Under the pieces are notes generated by a model that had not been told where the DNA came from, searched no databases, and worked only from the letters and a program-made list of their open reading frames with translations. Below, in pieces: positions 7,396-15,221 of a DNA stretch of 36,911 nucleotides; position 1 is the first letter of the stretch, and each line of letters begins with the position of its first letter. The stretch comes from a virus. The stretch covers positions 1-36,911 of the IMG/VR virus record IMGVR_UViG_3300045988_065836; one strand, given 5' to 3'. The position numbers and the translations under genes are program-made.

Positions 7396-8156
7396 AAATA
7401 GCCAGGGTATTCCCAACAAAAACCAGTATGTCCCCCACTGACCCGCTGGCTTTCTTTGGGCCACCGACCATTGAAGCTATGGCGGCGGAGCCGGATGAGG
7501 TGCATATCAGCGTTACTTTCTCCTGGGATTTGGAGAAAGCAGACGAGTTGTTTTACCAGTGGGAAATGCTGGGTGTCCCCGTGGAAGTGGGTGGGCCTGC
7601 GTTCGGAGACAGAATGGGCGACACGTTTACCCCTGGAATGTATGTACGGGAGGGCATGACGATCACAAGCCGGGGCTGCCCGAAGGACTGTTGGTTTTGC
7701 GATGTGGGAAAATGCGCCAACGGGAAGGTGATCGAGCTGCCGGTGCAGGATGGGTGGAATATCCTAGACGATAACATCTTGGCAACCAGCGATGACCATT
7801 TTCGTGAGGTCACGAAAATGCTGAAACGGCAAAAACAGAGGCCGGTATTTTCCGGCGGGCTGGAACCGGAGTACATGACCCCGTGGAAAGCAGAGCAGTT
7901 AATGTCCATCAATCCGCAAACGCTTTATACCGCCTATGACACCATGGACGACTACGACCATTTAAGGGCTATGTCGGACATGCTGCATAATGCGGGGCTT
8001 AGCTGGAAAAGCCACCAGGTAAAGTGCTATATGCTGTGCGGATACCCGGAAGATAGCATGGATGCAGCGGAGAAACGAGCCAAACAAATCATGGGGCTGG
8101 GATTTCTGCCCTTTGCCATACCGCGTTACCAAAGATTTTGTGGAAGCATTAACTAG
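7392..8156 (+). CDS. Radical SAM protein, translationally coupled to the PAPS-reductase-like gene
   Basis: CX3CX2C motif in ITSRGCPKDCWFCDV. ATGA overlap at 7392-7395. The C-terminus may be disrupted (see findings). Confidence 0.8.
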   Translation: MKIARVFPTKTSMSPTDPLAFFGPPTIEAMAAEPDEVHISVTFSWDLEKADELFYQWEMLGVPVEVGGPAFGDRMGDTFTPGMYVREGMTITSRGCPKDCWFCDVGKCANGKVIELPVQDGWNILDDNILATSDDHFREVTKMLKRQKQRPVFSGGLEPEYMTPWKAEQLMSINPQTLYTAYDTMDDYDHLRAMSDMLHNAGLSWKSHQVKCYMLCGYPEDSMDAAEKRAKQIMGLGFLPFAIPRYQRFCGSIN

Positions 8157-8203
8157 TTACCAATACTTCGAGGACGATTTTTTGGATTGGGCGAAAAGGT
8201 TCT

Positions 8204-8359
8204 GTGACGACACCGGAAAAAACCATTCTCAAGGCAAAAATCGTGGATACCATGGAAGCGGATGTAAATGGATACACTGGGGAGTTAAAAAAGGAACTCG
8301 TTCTTGATGTAGAAGACTTTGAGAAAGTGATATTCGAGGAGGTTTCTGACAATGGATGA
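8204..8359 (+). CDS. Possible small ORF (or shifted 3' end of the radical SAM gene)
   Basis: Open frame encoding VTTPEKTILKAKIVDTMEADVNGYTGELKKELVLDVEDFEKVIFEEVSDNG that overlaps the next start. The start codon is uncertain (GTG 8204 or ATG 8252) and the RBS is weak. Confidence 0.25.
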   Translation: MTTPEKTILKAKIVDTMEADVNGYTGELKKELVLDVEDFEKVIFEEVSDNG

Positions 8360-8537
8360 AATCAAATTAAAGCCCTGCCCGTTTTGCGGGGGAACAGCCG
8401 GAGCTATAGGGGACGGTGGATTTGACGAAGATAATTGCTTTTGGGTCAGATGTTGGGAATGCGGCGCAGAAACTTCCACTTATGAATCTGTGGAAGAAGC
8501 TAAAGAGGCATGGAACCGGAGGGCTGACAATGGCTAG
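8352..8537 (+). CDS. Lar-family restriction alleviation protein
   Basis: IKLKPCPFCGG near the N-terminus, C..CGAE, and EEAKEAWNRR near the C-terminus; about 60 aa. GAGGAGG RBS. Confidence 0.72.
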   Translation: MDEIKLKPCPFCGGTAGAIGDGGFDEDNCFWVRCWECGAETSTYESVEEAKEAWNRRADNG

Positions 8538-9108
8538 AGCGGTACTTATCAGCATTCGCCCGAAGTGGGTGGAGAAGATTCTGAGCGGTGAAAAGACGCT
8601 GGAATTGAGAAAAACAGAGCCGAAGCTGGAAACGCCGTTTAAGGTTTACATTTATTGCACAAATGACAAAAAAGACTCTGATAGATTGTGGGTGCTGAGA
8701 GAACAAATTAGGAAAGAGTACAATGGACTTGCCGCAGTGTGCGCACATTTAAGAGCGCAACCAGATTTACATAGTGTTGGTAACGGGCACGTTGTCGGAG
8801 AGTTTGTGTGTGACAAAATCGGAGTCATTTGGGGTGGTGGGTATCTGAAAATGCCGGAAAGTGCTTTTGCCGGAAGCTGCTTAAATATGTACCAGATAGA
8901 CACATATCTGGACGGCAAAGACGGGCATTTCTGGCACATTTCCAAGCTGGAAATCTACGACACACCGAAGAAGCTGAGCAAGTTTTCACGCCCGTTTGAA
9001 AACTGCATAGGCAAAGTGTGTGATGAATATGGGTGTGCCTATTGCGAAAATGGTGGTCATATCAAACGCCCGCCCCAGAGTTGGTGCTATGTGGAGGATC
9101 TGGCATGA
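8530..9108 (+). CDS. ASCH-domain (PUA-like) protein with a Cys-rich C-terminus
   Basis: AVLISIRPKWVEKILSGEKTLELRKTEP is the typical ASCH N-terminus. ATG 8530 overlaps the upstream TAG. Confidence 0.72.
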   Translation: MARAVLISIRPKWVEKILSGEKTLELRKTEPKLETPFKVYIYCTNDKKDSDRLWVLREQIRKEYNGLAAVCAHLRAQPDLHSVGNGHVVGEFVCDKIGVIWGGGYLKMPESAFAGSCLNMYQIDTYLDGKDGHFWHISKLEIYDTPKKLSKFSRPFENCIGKVCDEYGCAYCENGGHIKRPPQSWCYVEDLA

Positions 9109-9422
9109 AAGCATGGAAAGTTCGAGATCCAAATGAGTGGACAGCAACCATCGTCTTTGCGGAAACAGCCGGAAAAGCCAGATCCTTGGCAATGCACACA
9201 GACTGTTGCGAGGACATGGATTTTTGCGCCATTGAGGTAAGACGGGCACCGGCTGCTGACATGTGTCATAGAGCAGGAAAATGGGAAATGGACTGGTATG
9301 ATTCCGACGACAGGCTTGTAATGGTGCGGGACTTGGGGTTTACTTGCGAATACAAAGAACCGGAAGAATGCGCATGGTGCCCAGCTAAGGAATACTGCGA
9401 TTTGTATAACGAGGAGGGCTGA
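9105..9422 (+). CDS. Hypothetical Cys-rich protein
   Basis: ATGA overlap at 9105. The 105-aa product begins MKAWKVRDPNEW. Confidence 0.55.
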   Translation: MKAWKVRDPNEWTATIVFAETAGKARSLAMHTDCCEDMDFCAIEVRRAPAADMCHRAGKWEMDWYDSDDRLVMVRDLGFTCEYKEPEECAWCPAKEYCDLYNEEG

Positions 9423-9424
9423 GC

Positions 9425-9748
9425 ATGAGTGATTACATAAGCCGGGAGGCGGCACTGACGGAATTGCAAAACCCTGAGCTGTTTAACGTCTCACCAAGAT
9501 TTCTACAGATTCTCCGCGATCTTCCCGCCGCCGACGTGGAGCCGGTGCGGCATGGGAAATGGAATATCCGGGTTTCGGATGAACGTACCTTATGCCTGGA
9601 ATGCTCCGTGTGTGACCGCAAAGTTGATAACTTCAACCTGCACCGTCTGCTGATATTCGGAGAATACGGGGAGGCTTGCCGCAGATACCCTTATTGCCAT
9701 TGCGGCGCAAAAATGTGTTTGGAGGACAAAGAAAATGAGGCTGATTGA
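9425..9748 (+). CDS. Hypothetical Zn-ribbon protein
   Basis: ORF-track ORF containing DLPAADVEPVRHGKW followed by CLECSVC...CHCG. Confidence 0.55.
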   Translation: MSDYISREAALTELQNPELFNVSPRFLQILRDLPAADVEPVRHGKWNIRVSDERTLCLECSVCDRKVDNFNLHRLLIFGEYGEACRRYPYCHCGAKMCLEDKENEAD

Positions 9749-10064
9749 TGCGGACGAACTTAGAGCGTGGCTTGTAAAAGCAGGTTGGTTTCTGAAGCTC
9801 CAAGACGACAAGAGAACCGCTTCCCATGCCATTGGGAAGATCATCGACCATGTAGACAAGATCCCCACCGTGGATGCCGTGCCGGTGGTGCGGTGCCGGG
9901 AGTGCGAACACGCCGAACGGTATGAGCGGATAGATGGAACCGCAGGCTATTACTGCGGACACCCGCAAAACACCTTCGTCTATGGTGATCGCTGGGATCG
10001 TGTATTCAAACCGGTAAAAAAGCCGGACGATTTTTGCAGCTTCGGCGAGCCGAAGGAGGGGTAA
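9735..10064 (+). CDS. Hypothetical Zn-ribbon protein (shares an N-terminal module with 9425..9748)
   Basis: LIDADELRAWL...KIPTVDAVPVVRCRECEH. Overlaps the upstream gene by 14 nt. Confidence 0.55.
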   Translation: MRLIDADELRAWLVKAGWFLKLQDDKRTASHAIGKIIDHVDKIPTVDAVPVVRCRECEHAERYERIDGTAGYYCGHPQNTFVYGDRWDRVFKPVKKPDDFCSFGEPKEG

Positions 10065-10067
10065 CGA

Positions 10068-10289
10068 ATGGAAGCTTTTGTTGAAGGTGTTGGAATGTTC
10101 TTTGTAGCGATCGGCGGCATTGCAGCGGTTCTTGCGGCGTTATGCTTTTTCTGGTGGTTGGCTGATATCGCGTGGATTGCAGCAAGCAACCGCTTCCGGG
10201 ACATCTGCAAGGCGGAAAGCCTTATCCATGAATACCGCCGGAACAGAGAAAAGTTCCTGGAATGGCTGGCAAAGGGGGACGAAAAATGA
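10068..10289 (+). CDS. Small membrane protein
   Basis: GAAGGAGGGG RBS. Hydrophobic N-terminus VGMFFVAIGGIAAVLAALCFFWWLADIAWIAA. Confidence 0.6.
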   Translation: MEAFVEGVGMFFVAIGGIAAVLAALCFFWWLADIAWIAASNRFRDICKAESLIHEYRRNREKFLEWLAKGDEK

Positions 10290-10465
10290 GCAGCGAACTC
10301 ACCTACATGGACTGCTGGCAATTTATCGCCCCACTTATCCCGGTAAGCACCGACTACACGATGGATATTTACATCATGGTGTTTAACGCACTGAAAGAAG
10401 CGGAGAAAAAGCGAATTGCCGGGGGCGGCAAAACAGGAGGCCAAAATGATGCCGATCAACATTAG
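10286..10465 (+). CDS. Hypothetical protein
   Basis: ATGA overlap at 10286. 59 aa. Confidence 0.5.
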   Translation: MSSELTYMDCWQFIAPLIPVSTDYTMDIYIMVFNALKEAEKKRIAGGGKTGGQNDADQH

Positions 10466-10622
10466 CTTCCTCGGCTGCTGTAAAGACTGCAAACGCCGCT
10501 CCCCTGCCTGCTCCGACCGCTGCGCCGACTACCAGATCGCCAAGGCCTTCCACCGGGCCGAGGTGCAGTGGACGCGGGAGCAGGTGCGCAGACGGCAGCG
10601 GGGCGTGAATGGGAGAAAGTGA
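10446..10622 (+). CDS. Hypothetical Cys-rich protein
   Basis: AGGAGG lies 4 nt upstream of ATG 10446. Contains LGCCKDCKRRSPACSDRCADY. Confidence 0.5.
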   Translation: MMPINISFLGCCKDCKRRSPACSDRCADYQIAKAFHRAEVQWTREQVRRRQRGVNGRK

Positions 10623-10686
10623 GGTGATATTTCTTTCTCATGCCAAGGAAAAAGTTACCGCAAACGGAAAGTGAAAGGAGCGCATT

Positions 10687-10968
10687 ATGGCGGAAATTAC
10701 ATTCGACCAAGATCAAATCATCAAAAACGTAAATGAGCGTATTACGCAAGACCTGGCGGCAGCTATTAAGCAGGTAGCCAAGGACGGAGTATGGGAAGAT
10801 GCCGAGGAAGACGATGGGGTTGACCCTGAAAAGATTATCCGCAGGACTATGGCGACCTATATGGGTGGCAGCGTTCCCGGATGGTTTTCGGAGGCATTAC
10901 AGGCAACATCCTATGGTATTGGCCGAGGACAAGATGGAGGGATACGGATGCATTGCGGCACTGTATGA
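10687..10968 (+). CDS. Hypothetical protein
   Basis: GAAAGGAG RBS. The 93-aa product is acidic. Confidence 0.55.
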   Translation: MAEITFDQDQIIKNVNERITQDLAAAIKQVAKDGVWEDAEEDDGVDPEKIIRRTMATYMGGSVPGWFSEALQATSYGIGRGQDGGIRMHCGTV

Positions 10969-11080
10969 AGCAGCAGGCAAGGCGAATACGGTAAAGCGGA
11001 TGGCTGCGCTGACAAAGCTGCTTGCAATATACAAACCGGTTGGTTGGCTGGCTGGAATGCCCAATACGGCAATCGTCTGA
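10934..11080 (+). CDS. Possible small ORF overlapping the previous gene in another frame
   Basis: MEGYGCIAALYEAAGKANTVKRMAALTKLLAIYKPVGWLAGMPNTAIV with GAGGA just upstream. It could instead be a frameshifted continuation of 10687..10968. Confidence 0.3.
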   Translation: MEGYGCIAALYEAAGKANTVKRMAALTKLLAIYKPVGWLAGMPNTAIV

Positions 11081-11105
11081 TGGCTATTTGAAAGGAGGCG
11101 GGGCT

Positions 11106-11453
11106 ATGTCAAGGCCAAAATACTGGTGGTATCACTACGTAAAAGAATCCATCATGCGAAATATGAGCGGCACAGCCCCGCTGACCTACCAGAATTACCT
11201 TGTTAAAATAGCGGTAGACAAAGTTATTGAAGAAACAAAAAGCCAATACAGAGGCGCTGAACGCCTGAGAATGATCGACTTAATTTATAGGAAACGGCAG
11301 TACAATGTCCCCGGTGCTGCCGTGCAGCTGTACATCTCGGAGAGCACGGCGTGCAAGTGGAACAAAGAGTTTGTATACGCAGTCGCCGATAAAATGGGAT
11401 ATTTTGAAAAATGTGTATCACAGCCTGGGGAAGATGATACTATTCCGATATAA
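11106..11453 (+). CDS. RinA/ArpU-like late-gene transcriptional activator (sigma region-4-like HTH)
   Basis: AGGAGG RBS. RLRMIDLIYRKRQYNVPGAAVQLYISESTACKWNKEFVYAVADKMGY. It occupies the last early position upstream of the terminase genes. Confidence 0.55.
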   Translation: MSRPKYWWYHYVKESIMRNMSGTAPLTYQNYLVKIAVDKVIEETKSQYRGAERLRMIDLIYRKRQYNVPGAAVQLYISESTACKWNKEFVYAVADKMGYFEKCVSQPGEDDTIPI

Positions 11454-11480
11454 AAAGCCCCGCCAGATTGGCAGGGCTTG
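11452..11480. terminator. Hairpin between convergent genes
   Basis: AGCCCCGCC (11456-11464) / GGCAGGGCT (11470-11478) with one mismatch. An A-run lies 5' and TT lies 3'. Confidence 0.5.
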
Positions 11481-11490
11481 GGAAATAGAC

Positions 11491-11682
11491 TTATTTTTCT
11501 TTGATATACTTTCCAGATCGTACGCGCTTATCGGTTGGAAGTTCTGCATTCGCCGGGATTATCCATTGGTTGCCCACTTTCTTCCCAGGCAACGCCCCAG
11601 CTATAAGCATTCTTCTTATCCTGGAAACGTCCCGGCCAACCTTTTCAGCGTATTCGGTAACGGACAAATAATCATTCTCCAT
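11491..11682 (-). CDS. Excisionase-type (HTH_17-like) DNA-binding protein
   Basis: YLSVTEYAEKVGRDVSRIRRMLIAGALPGKKVGNQWIIP is the typical Xis/MerR-like HTH. Antisense to the flanking operons. Confidence 0.7.
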   Translation of the reverse strand: MENDYLSVTEYAEKVGRDVSRIRRMLIAGALPGKKVGNQWIIPANAELPTDKRVRSGKYIKEK

Positions 11683-11776
11683 GATGCTTTTCCTTCCATA
11701 GGTGATAAGCGGCTACGGCGATTTTGATAACAGAGCAAATCACGATAATAAGTCCTATAGTTCCAACGATTCCCAT
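11672..11776 (-). CDS. 34-aa hydrophobic peptide upstream of, and overlapping, the HTH gene
   Basis: Minus-strand ATG at 11776 is preceded by AGGAGGT (complement of 11781-11787). Product is MGIVGTIGLIIVICSVIKIAVAAYHLWKEKHHGE. It overlaps the HTH start by 11 nt. Confidence 0.45.
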   Translation of the reverse strand: MGIVGTIGLIIVICSVIKIAVAAYHLWKEKHHGE

Positions 11777-11800
11777 ATTTACCTCCTGTATAAAATTCGT

Positions 11801-11829
11801 TTGACAGACGGGTGAAAATTGGCTATACT
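11801..11829 (+). promoter_or_regulatory. Near-consensus promoter facing the packaging/structural genes (candidate late promoter)
   Basis: TTGACA at 11801-11806, a 17-nt spacer, and TATACT at 11824-11829. Confidence 0.55.
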
Positions 11830-11835
11830 GGGCAT

Positions 11836-11865
11836 ATCCAACCGGGGCTTTCACCCCGGTTGGAT
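11836..11865 (+). promoter_or_regulatory. Perfect 12-bp stem-loop at the predicted 5' end of the late transcript
   Basis: ATCCAACCGGGG (11836-11847) / CCCCGGTTGGAT (11854-11865) with a 6-nt loop, beginning 7 nt after the -10 box. Confidence 0.6.
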
Positions 11866-11915
11866 GGCTGAATTATTCGATGCTTTTTTCGATTAGCATC
11901 AGAATCAGCCCCACG

Positions 11916-11977
11916 AAAAAGCCCACTAAGCCATTTACGATTGTTTGCGACCAGTCGATGTGCTTAGTGGGCTTTTT
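11916..11977. repeat. 16-bp inverted repeat with a 30-nt spacer in the terS leader
   Basis: AAAAAGCCCACTAAGC (11916-11931) and GCTTAGTGGGCTTTTT (11962-11977). Confidence 0.7.
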
Positions 11978-12079
11978 CTCGTATTTGCCCGTTGGAATCA
12001 CCCCCCTTGTTTTGATAGTCATATTATAGCACGATATCGTGCGGAAGTCAATAGTTTTAAGAAAAAAGTTGGTGAGATT

Positions 12080-12562
12080 GTGGCAAAATTAACGGCAAAA
12101 CAGCAAAGATTTGTCGATGAATATTTGATTGATTTGAATGCTACCCAGGCCGCAATCAGAGCCGGGTATTCGGCTCAAACCGCATACAGAACAGGCGCAG
12201 ACAACCTCAGAAAACCTCAAATCAAATCGTACATGGAATCCCGAATGGCCGAAAAGGAAGCGGCCTTGATTGCTGACCAGGATGAGGTTTTGAAATATCT
12301 AACGTCCGTAATGCGTGGGCAGTCTCGGTCATCCGTTGTGGTTGTGGAGAGCGCCGGTGATTTTATAAGCAAGGCCCGGGAAATGGAGAAATCGCCGGAC
12401 GAAAAAGAGCGCCTGAAAGCTGCGGAGCTTCTGGGCAAACGGTATGGGCTGTACAGCGGCGGCAATAAGCAGAAAGCAAACGGGCAGCAGAAGAATAATT
12501 TGCTGGATGCAATATCCAGCATGGAGGAGATAAACACGGATGATTTACCAGAGGTTGAGTAA
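12080..12562 (+). CDS. terS: Terminase small subunit (Terminase_2-like)
   Basis: GTG 12080 gives (M)AKLTAKQQRFVDEYLIDLNATQAAIRAGYSAQTAYRTGADNLRKPQI, the canonical TerS N-terminus. Overlaps TerL. Confidence 0.8.
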   Translation: MAKLTAKQQRFVDEYLIDLNATQAAIRAGYSAQTAYRTGADNLRKPQIKSYMESRMAEKEAALIADQDEVLKYLTSVMRGQSRSSVVVVESAGDFISKAREMEKSPDEKERLKAAELLGKRYGLYSGGNKQKANGQQKNNLLDAISSMEEINTDDLPEVE

Positions 12563-13787
12563 GCGGCAAAAGCTGGCTATGCTATGGTGGAATCAGCCGA
12601 AATTCAGGAACCGGGATGCAATCATCTGTGACGGGTCCATTCGTTCCGGAAAAACCGTCAGCATGGCCGTGGGATTTATCCTGTGGAGTATGTCAAATTT
12701 TGACGGCCAAATTTTCGGAATCTGCGGGAGAACGATACAGAGTTTGCGGCGAAATGTCATCTTGCATCTGCACGACTGGGTGCCGGAGGATTTGGAAATC
12801 ACGGAACGCCGTGGGGAAAATATGCTGGTGGTTTCCGATGGCTGCGGCCACGAAAATATCTATTACTTGTTCGGGGGCAAAGATGAAAGCTCGTATGCCT
12901 TGGTACAGGGTATCACGCTGGCCGGTGCACTGCTGGACGAAGTGGTCCTTATGCCGCAATCCTTCGTGGAACAGGTCATTGCACGTTGTTCTGTGGCTGG
13001 GTCAAAGCTTTGGTTTAACTGCAACCCCGGCGGGCCGGAACATTGGTTTAACAAAAACTGGATTCTTAAAAGCAAGGAAATGAACGCCCTGCATATCCAC
13101 TTTACCATGCAGGATAATTACAGTCTGGCACCGGAAATCCGGGAACGATACGAACGCATGTACACCGGTGTGTTCTACCAGCGTTACGTCCTGGGCCTCT
13201 GGGTGTTGGCTGAGGGGCTTGTGTACAGTTTTGGAGAGGAAAACATAACCGACGAACGGCCAAAGGGTGCGGAGTACTACATAAGCATCGACTACGGCAC
13301 GTTGAATCCGTTTTCGGCTGGCCTGTGGAGCGTCACCGGCGACAAGGCCGTGAGAATCAAAGAGTACTATTACAGCGGGCGGGAGAACAGCCGGAACATG
13401 ACGGATGCGGAATACTGCGACAAGGTGGCGGAGCTGGCCGGGGGATATGAGATTAAACGGGTTATTGTTGATCCGTCCGGAGCATCCTTTATCGAGGCAC
13501 TGCGGCAGCGAAAATTCAAGGTGCTGGGAGCCAAAAACGACGTTCTGGACGGCATAAGGCGAACGTCTGTTTATCTAAGAGATGGGAACATTAAAATCCA
13601 TCGGTCATGCGCGGACAGCATCCGGGAATTTGGATTGTACCGATGGGACGAAAAAAAGAACGATGATAGCGTCATAAAAGAAAATGACCACGCAATGGAC
13701 GATATCCGTTACTTTTGCAATACAATCATGCGATACAAGGTAAAGAAAAAGCAGGATATTCCGCCGGAAGTGGCGAGACTTTTATAA
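12540..13787 (+). CDS. terL: Terminase large subunit (PBSX/XtmB-like)
   Basis: Walker A GSIRSGKT, Walker B LLDE, and nuclease motifs ISIDYG, VIVDPSGAS, NDHAMDDIRY. Confidence 0.93.
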   Translation: MIYQRLSKRQKLAMLWWNQPKFRNRDAIICDGSIRSGKTVSMAVGFILWSMSNFDGQIFGICGRTIQSLRRNVILHLHDWVPEDLEITERRGENMLVVSDGCGHENIYYLFGGKDESSYALVQGITLAGALLDEVVLMPQSFVEQVIARCSVAGSKLWFNCNPGGPEHWFNKNWILKSKEMNALHIHFTMQDNYSLAPEIRERYERMYTGVFYQRYVLGLWVLAEGLVYSFGEENITDERPKGAEYYISIDYGTLNPFSAGLWSVTGDKAVRIKEYYYSGRENSRNMTDAEYCDKVAELAGGYEIKRVIVDPSGASFIEALRQRKFKVLGAKNDVLDGIRRTSVYLRDGNIKIHRSCADSIREFGLYRWDEKKNDDSVIKENDHAMDDIRYFCNTIMRYKVKKKQDIPPEVARLL

Positions 13788-13802
13788 CATCGGAGGAAAT
13801 GA

Positions 13803-15218
13803 ATGAAGACATACCAGGATTTGCAGGAAGCTGTCAGCGGCGGCAGGATCGGGGAATTTCTGCGGGATGCCGTGAATGTGCATCGGGGCAGCAAGGCATA
13901 CAAAAATGCCGTGGTTGGCATGGACTATTACAACAAGCACAACAGCACCATCGAGCAGATGCAAAAAACCATGTACACGCTGACGGGCAACACCGTGCCG
14001 GATATCTGGTCTCCGGATTACCGGCTGAAAACGCTGATGTTCCGGCGGCTGGTGACGCAGGAGGTTGGCTATGTGCTGGGCAACGGTGTTTCCATGGACG
14101 GAAAAGAGCGGCTGGGTGCTGGGATTGACAATAAGCTGCAAACCGCCGCAAAGCTGGCGCTGGCACAGGGGAAAGCGTTTGGCTTCTGGAATCTCGATCA
14201 TTTGGAAGTATTTTCGTTTGCCGACACCGCCGGAAGCCCTGGGTTTGTGCCGTTGCTGGATGAAAGCACCGGCGAACTGATGGCCGGTATTCGGTATTGG
14301 TTCCGGGAGACCGGGCGCAAAAGCGTATTCCGGGCTACGCTGTATGAGCTGGACGGTGTAAGCGAATGGAGCGCAACCGGCAGCGACTCCCCTGCCCTGC
14401 TGGCTGCAAAACGGGGCTACATTCGGCGGGAGGTGCGGGACGACTTCGGCGTAGTTGATCAGTGCGACGAGAATTACACGCGGCTGCCCATCGCTATTCT
14501 GTACGGCAACGATAGCCACGAATCTGAAATTGTGGGGCTGCGAGAATCCATTGACTGTTACGATTTCATCAAGTCTGGATTCGCCAACCAGATCGACGAG
14601 GCAGGTGTCTATTGGCTGCTGCACAACACCGGGGCAATGGACGACCCTGATCTTGCAAAGTTTATCCAGAGGATGCGCACCGTCCGGGCGGCTGTTGTGG
14701 ATGATGCAGACGGAGCGGCAGCTGATGCAAACACCGTGGACGTGCCTGTGGAAGCCAGAAAGGCCATGCTGGATATTTTGCGGCGGGATCTGTACGAGGA
14801 TGCTCAAATGCTGGATGTGGCAGCATTGGCCGGAGCGGAAAAAACGGCAACGGAGATTTCCGCCGCCTATCAGCCGCAGGACAACAAATGCGCAGACTTT
14901 GAATATTTCCTGATTGACTTTATTCAGCAGATTTGCGCAGTGGCCGGAATCCCAAATCCAGAGCCGCAATTTACGTGGAACAAAGTTATCAACCAGGCAG
15001 AGGAGACAAACATGGTGCTTGCTGCCGCCGAATACCTGGATGACGAAACCATTTTGAAGCATCTGCCGTGGATTCTGCCGGAGGAAGTGCCGGACATCCT
15101 GAAAAGGCGGGACGAGGCCGATTTGCAGCGGATGGGCGCTATGGAAAAGCAATTCCAGGCGATGCAGCAGCAAAAGCAGCAGGAGCCGGACAACCAGAAT
15201 CAGCAGCCGGAGGAATAA
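13803..15218 (+). CDS. Portal protein (SPP1 Gp6-like)
   Basis: 471 aa, directly after TerL, with a typical portal N-terminal region and a Q-rich acidic tail. Confidence 0.9.
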   Translation: MKTYQDLQEAVSGGRIGEFLRDAVNVHRGSKAYKNAVVGMDYYNKHNSTIEQMQKTMYTLTGNTVPDIWSPDYRLKTLMFRRLVTQEVGYVLGNGVSMDGKERLGAGIDNKLQTAAKLALAQGKAFGFWNLDHLEVFSFADTAGSPGFVPLLDESTGELMAGIRYWFRETGRKSVFRATLYELDGVSEWSATGSDSPALLAAKRGYIRREVRDDFGVVDQCDENYTRLPIAILYGNDSHESEIVGLRESIDCYDFIKSGFANQIDEAGVYWLLHNTGAMDDPDLAKFIQRMRTVRAAVVDDADGAAADANTVDVPVEARKAMLDILRRDLYEDAQMLDVAALAGAEKTATEISAAYQPQDNKCADFEYFLIDFIQQICAVAGIPNPEPQFTWNKVINQAEETNMVLAAAEYLDDETILKHLPWILPEEVPDILKRRDEADLQRMGAMEKQFQAMQQQKQQEPDNQNQQPEE

Positions 15219-15221
15219 GCC

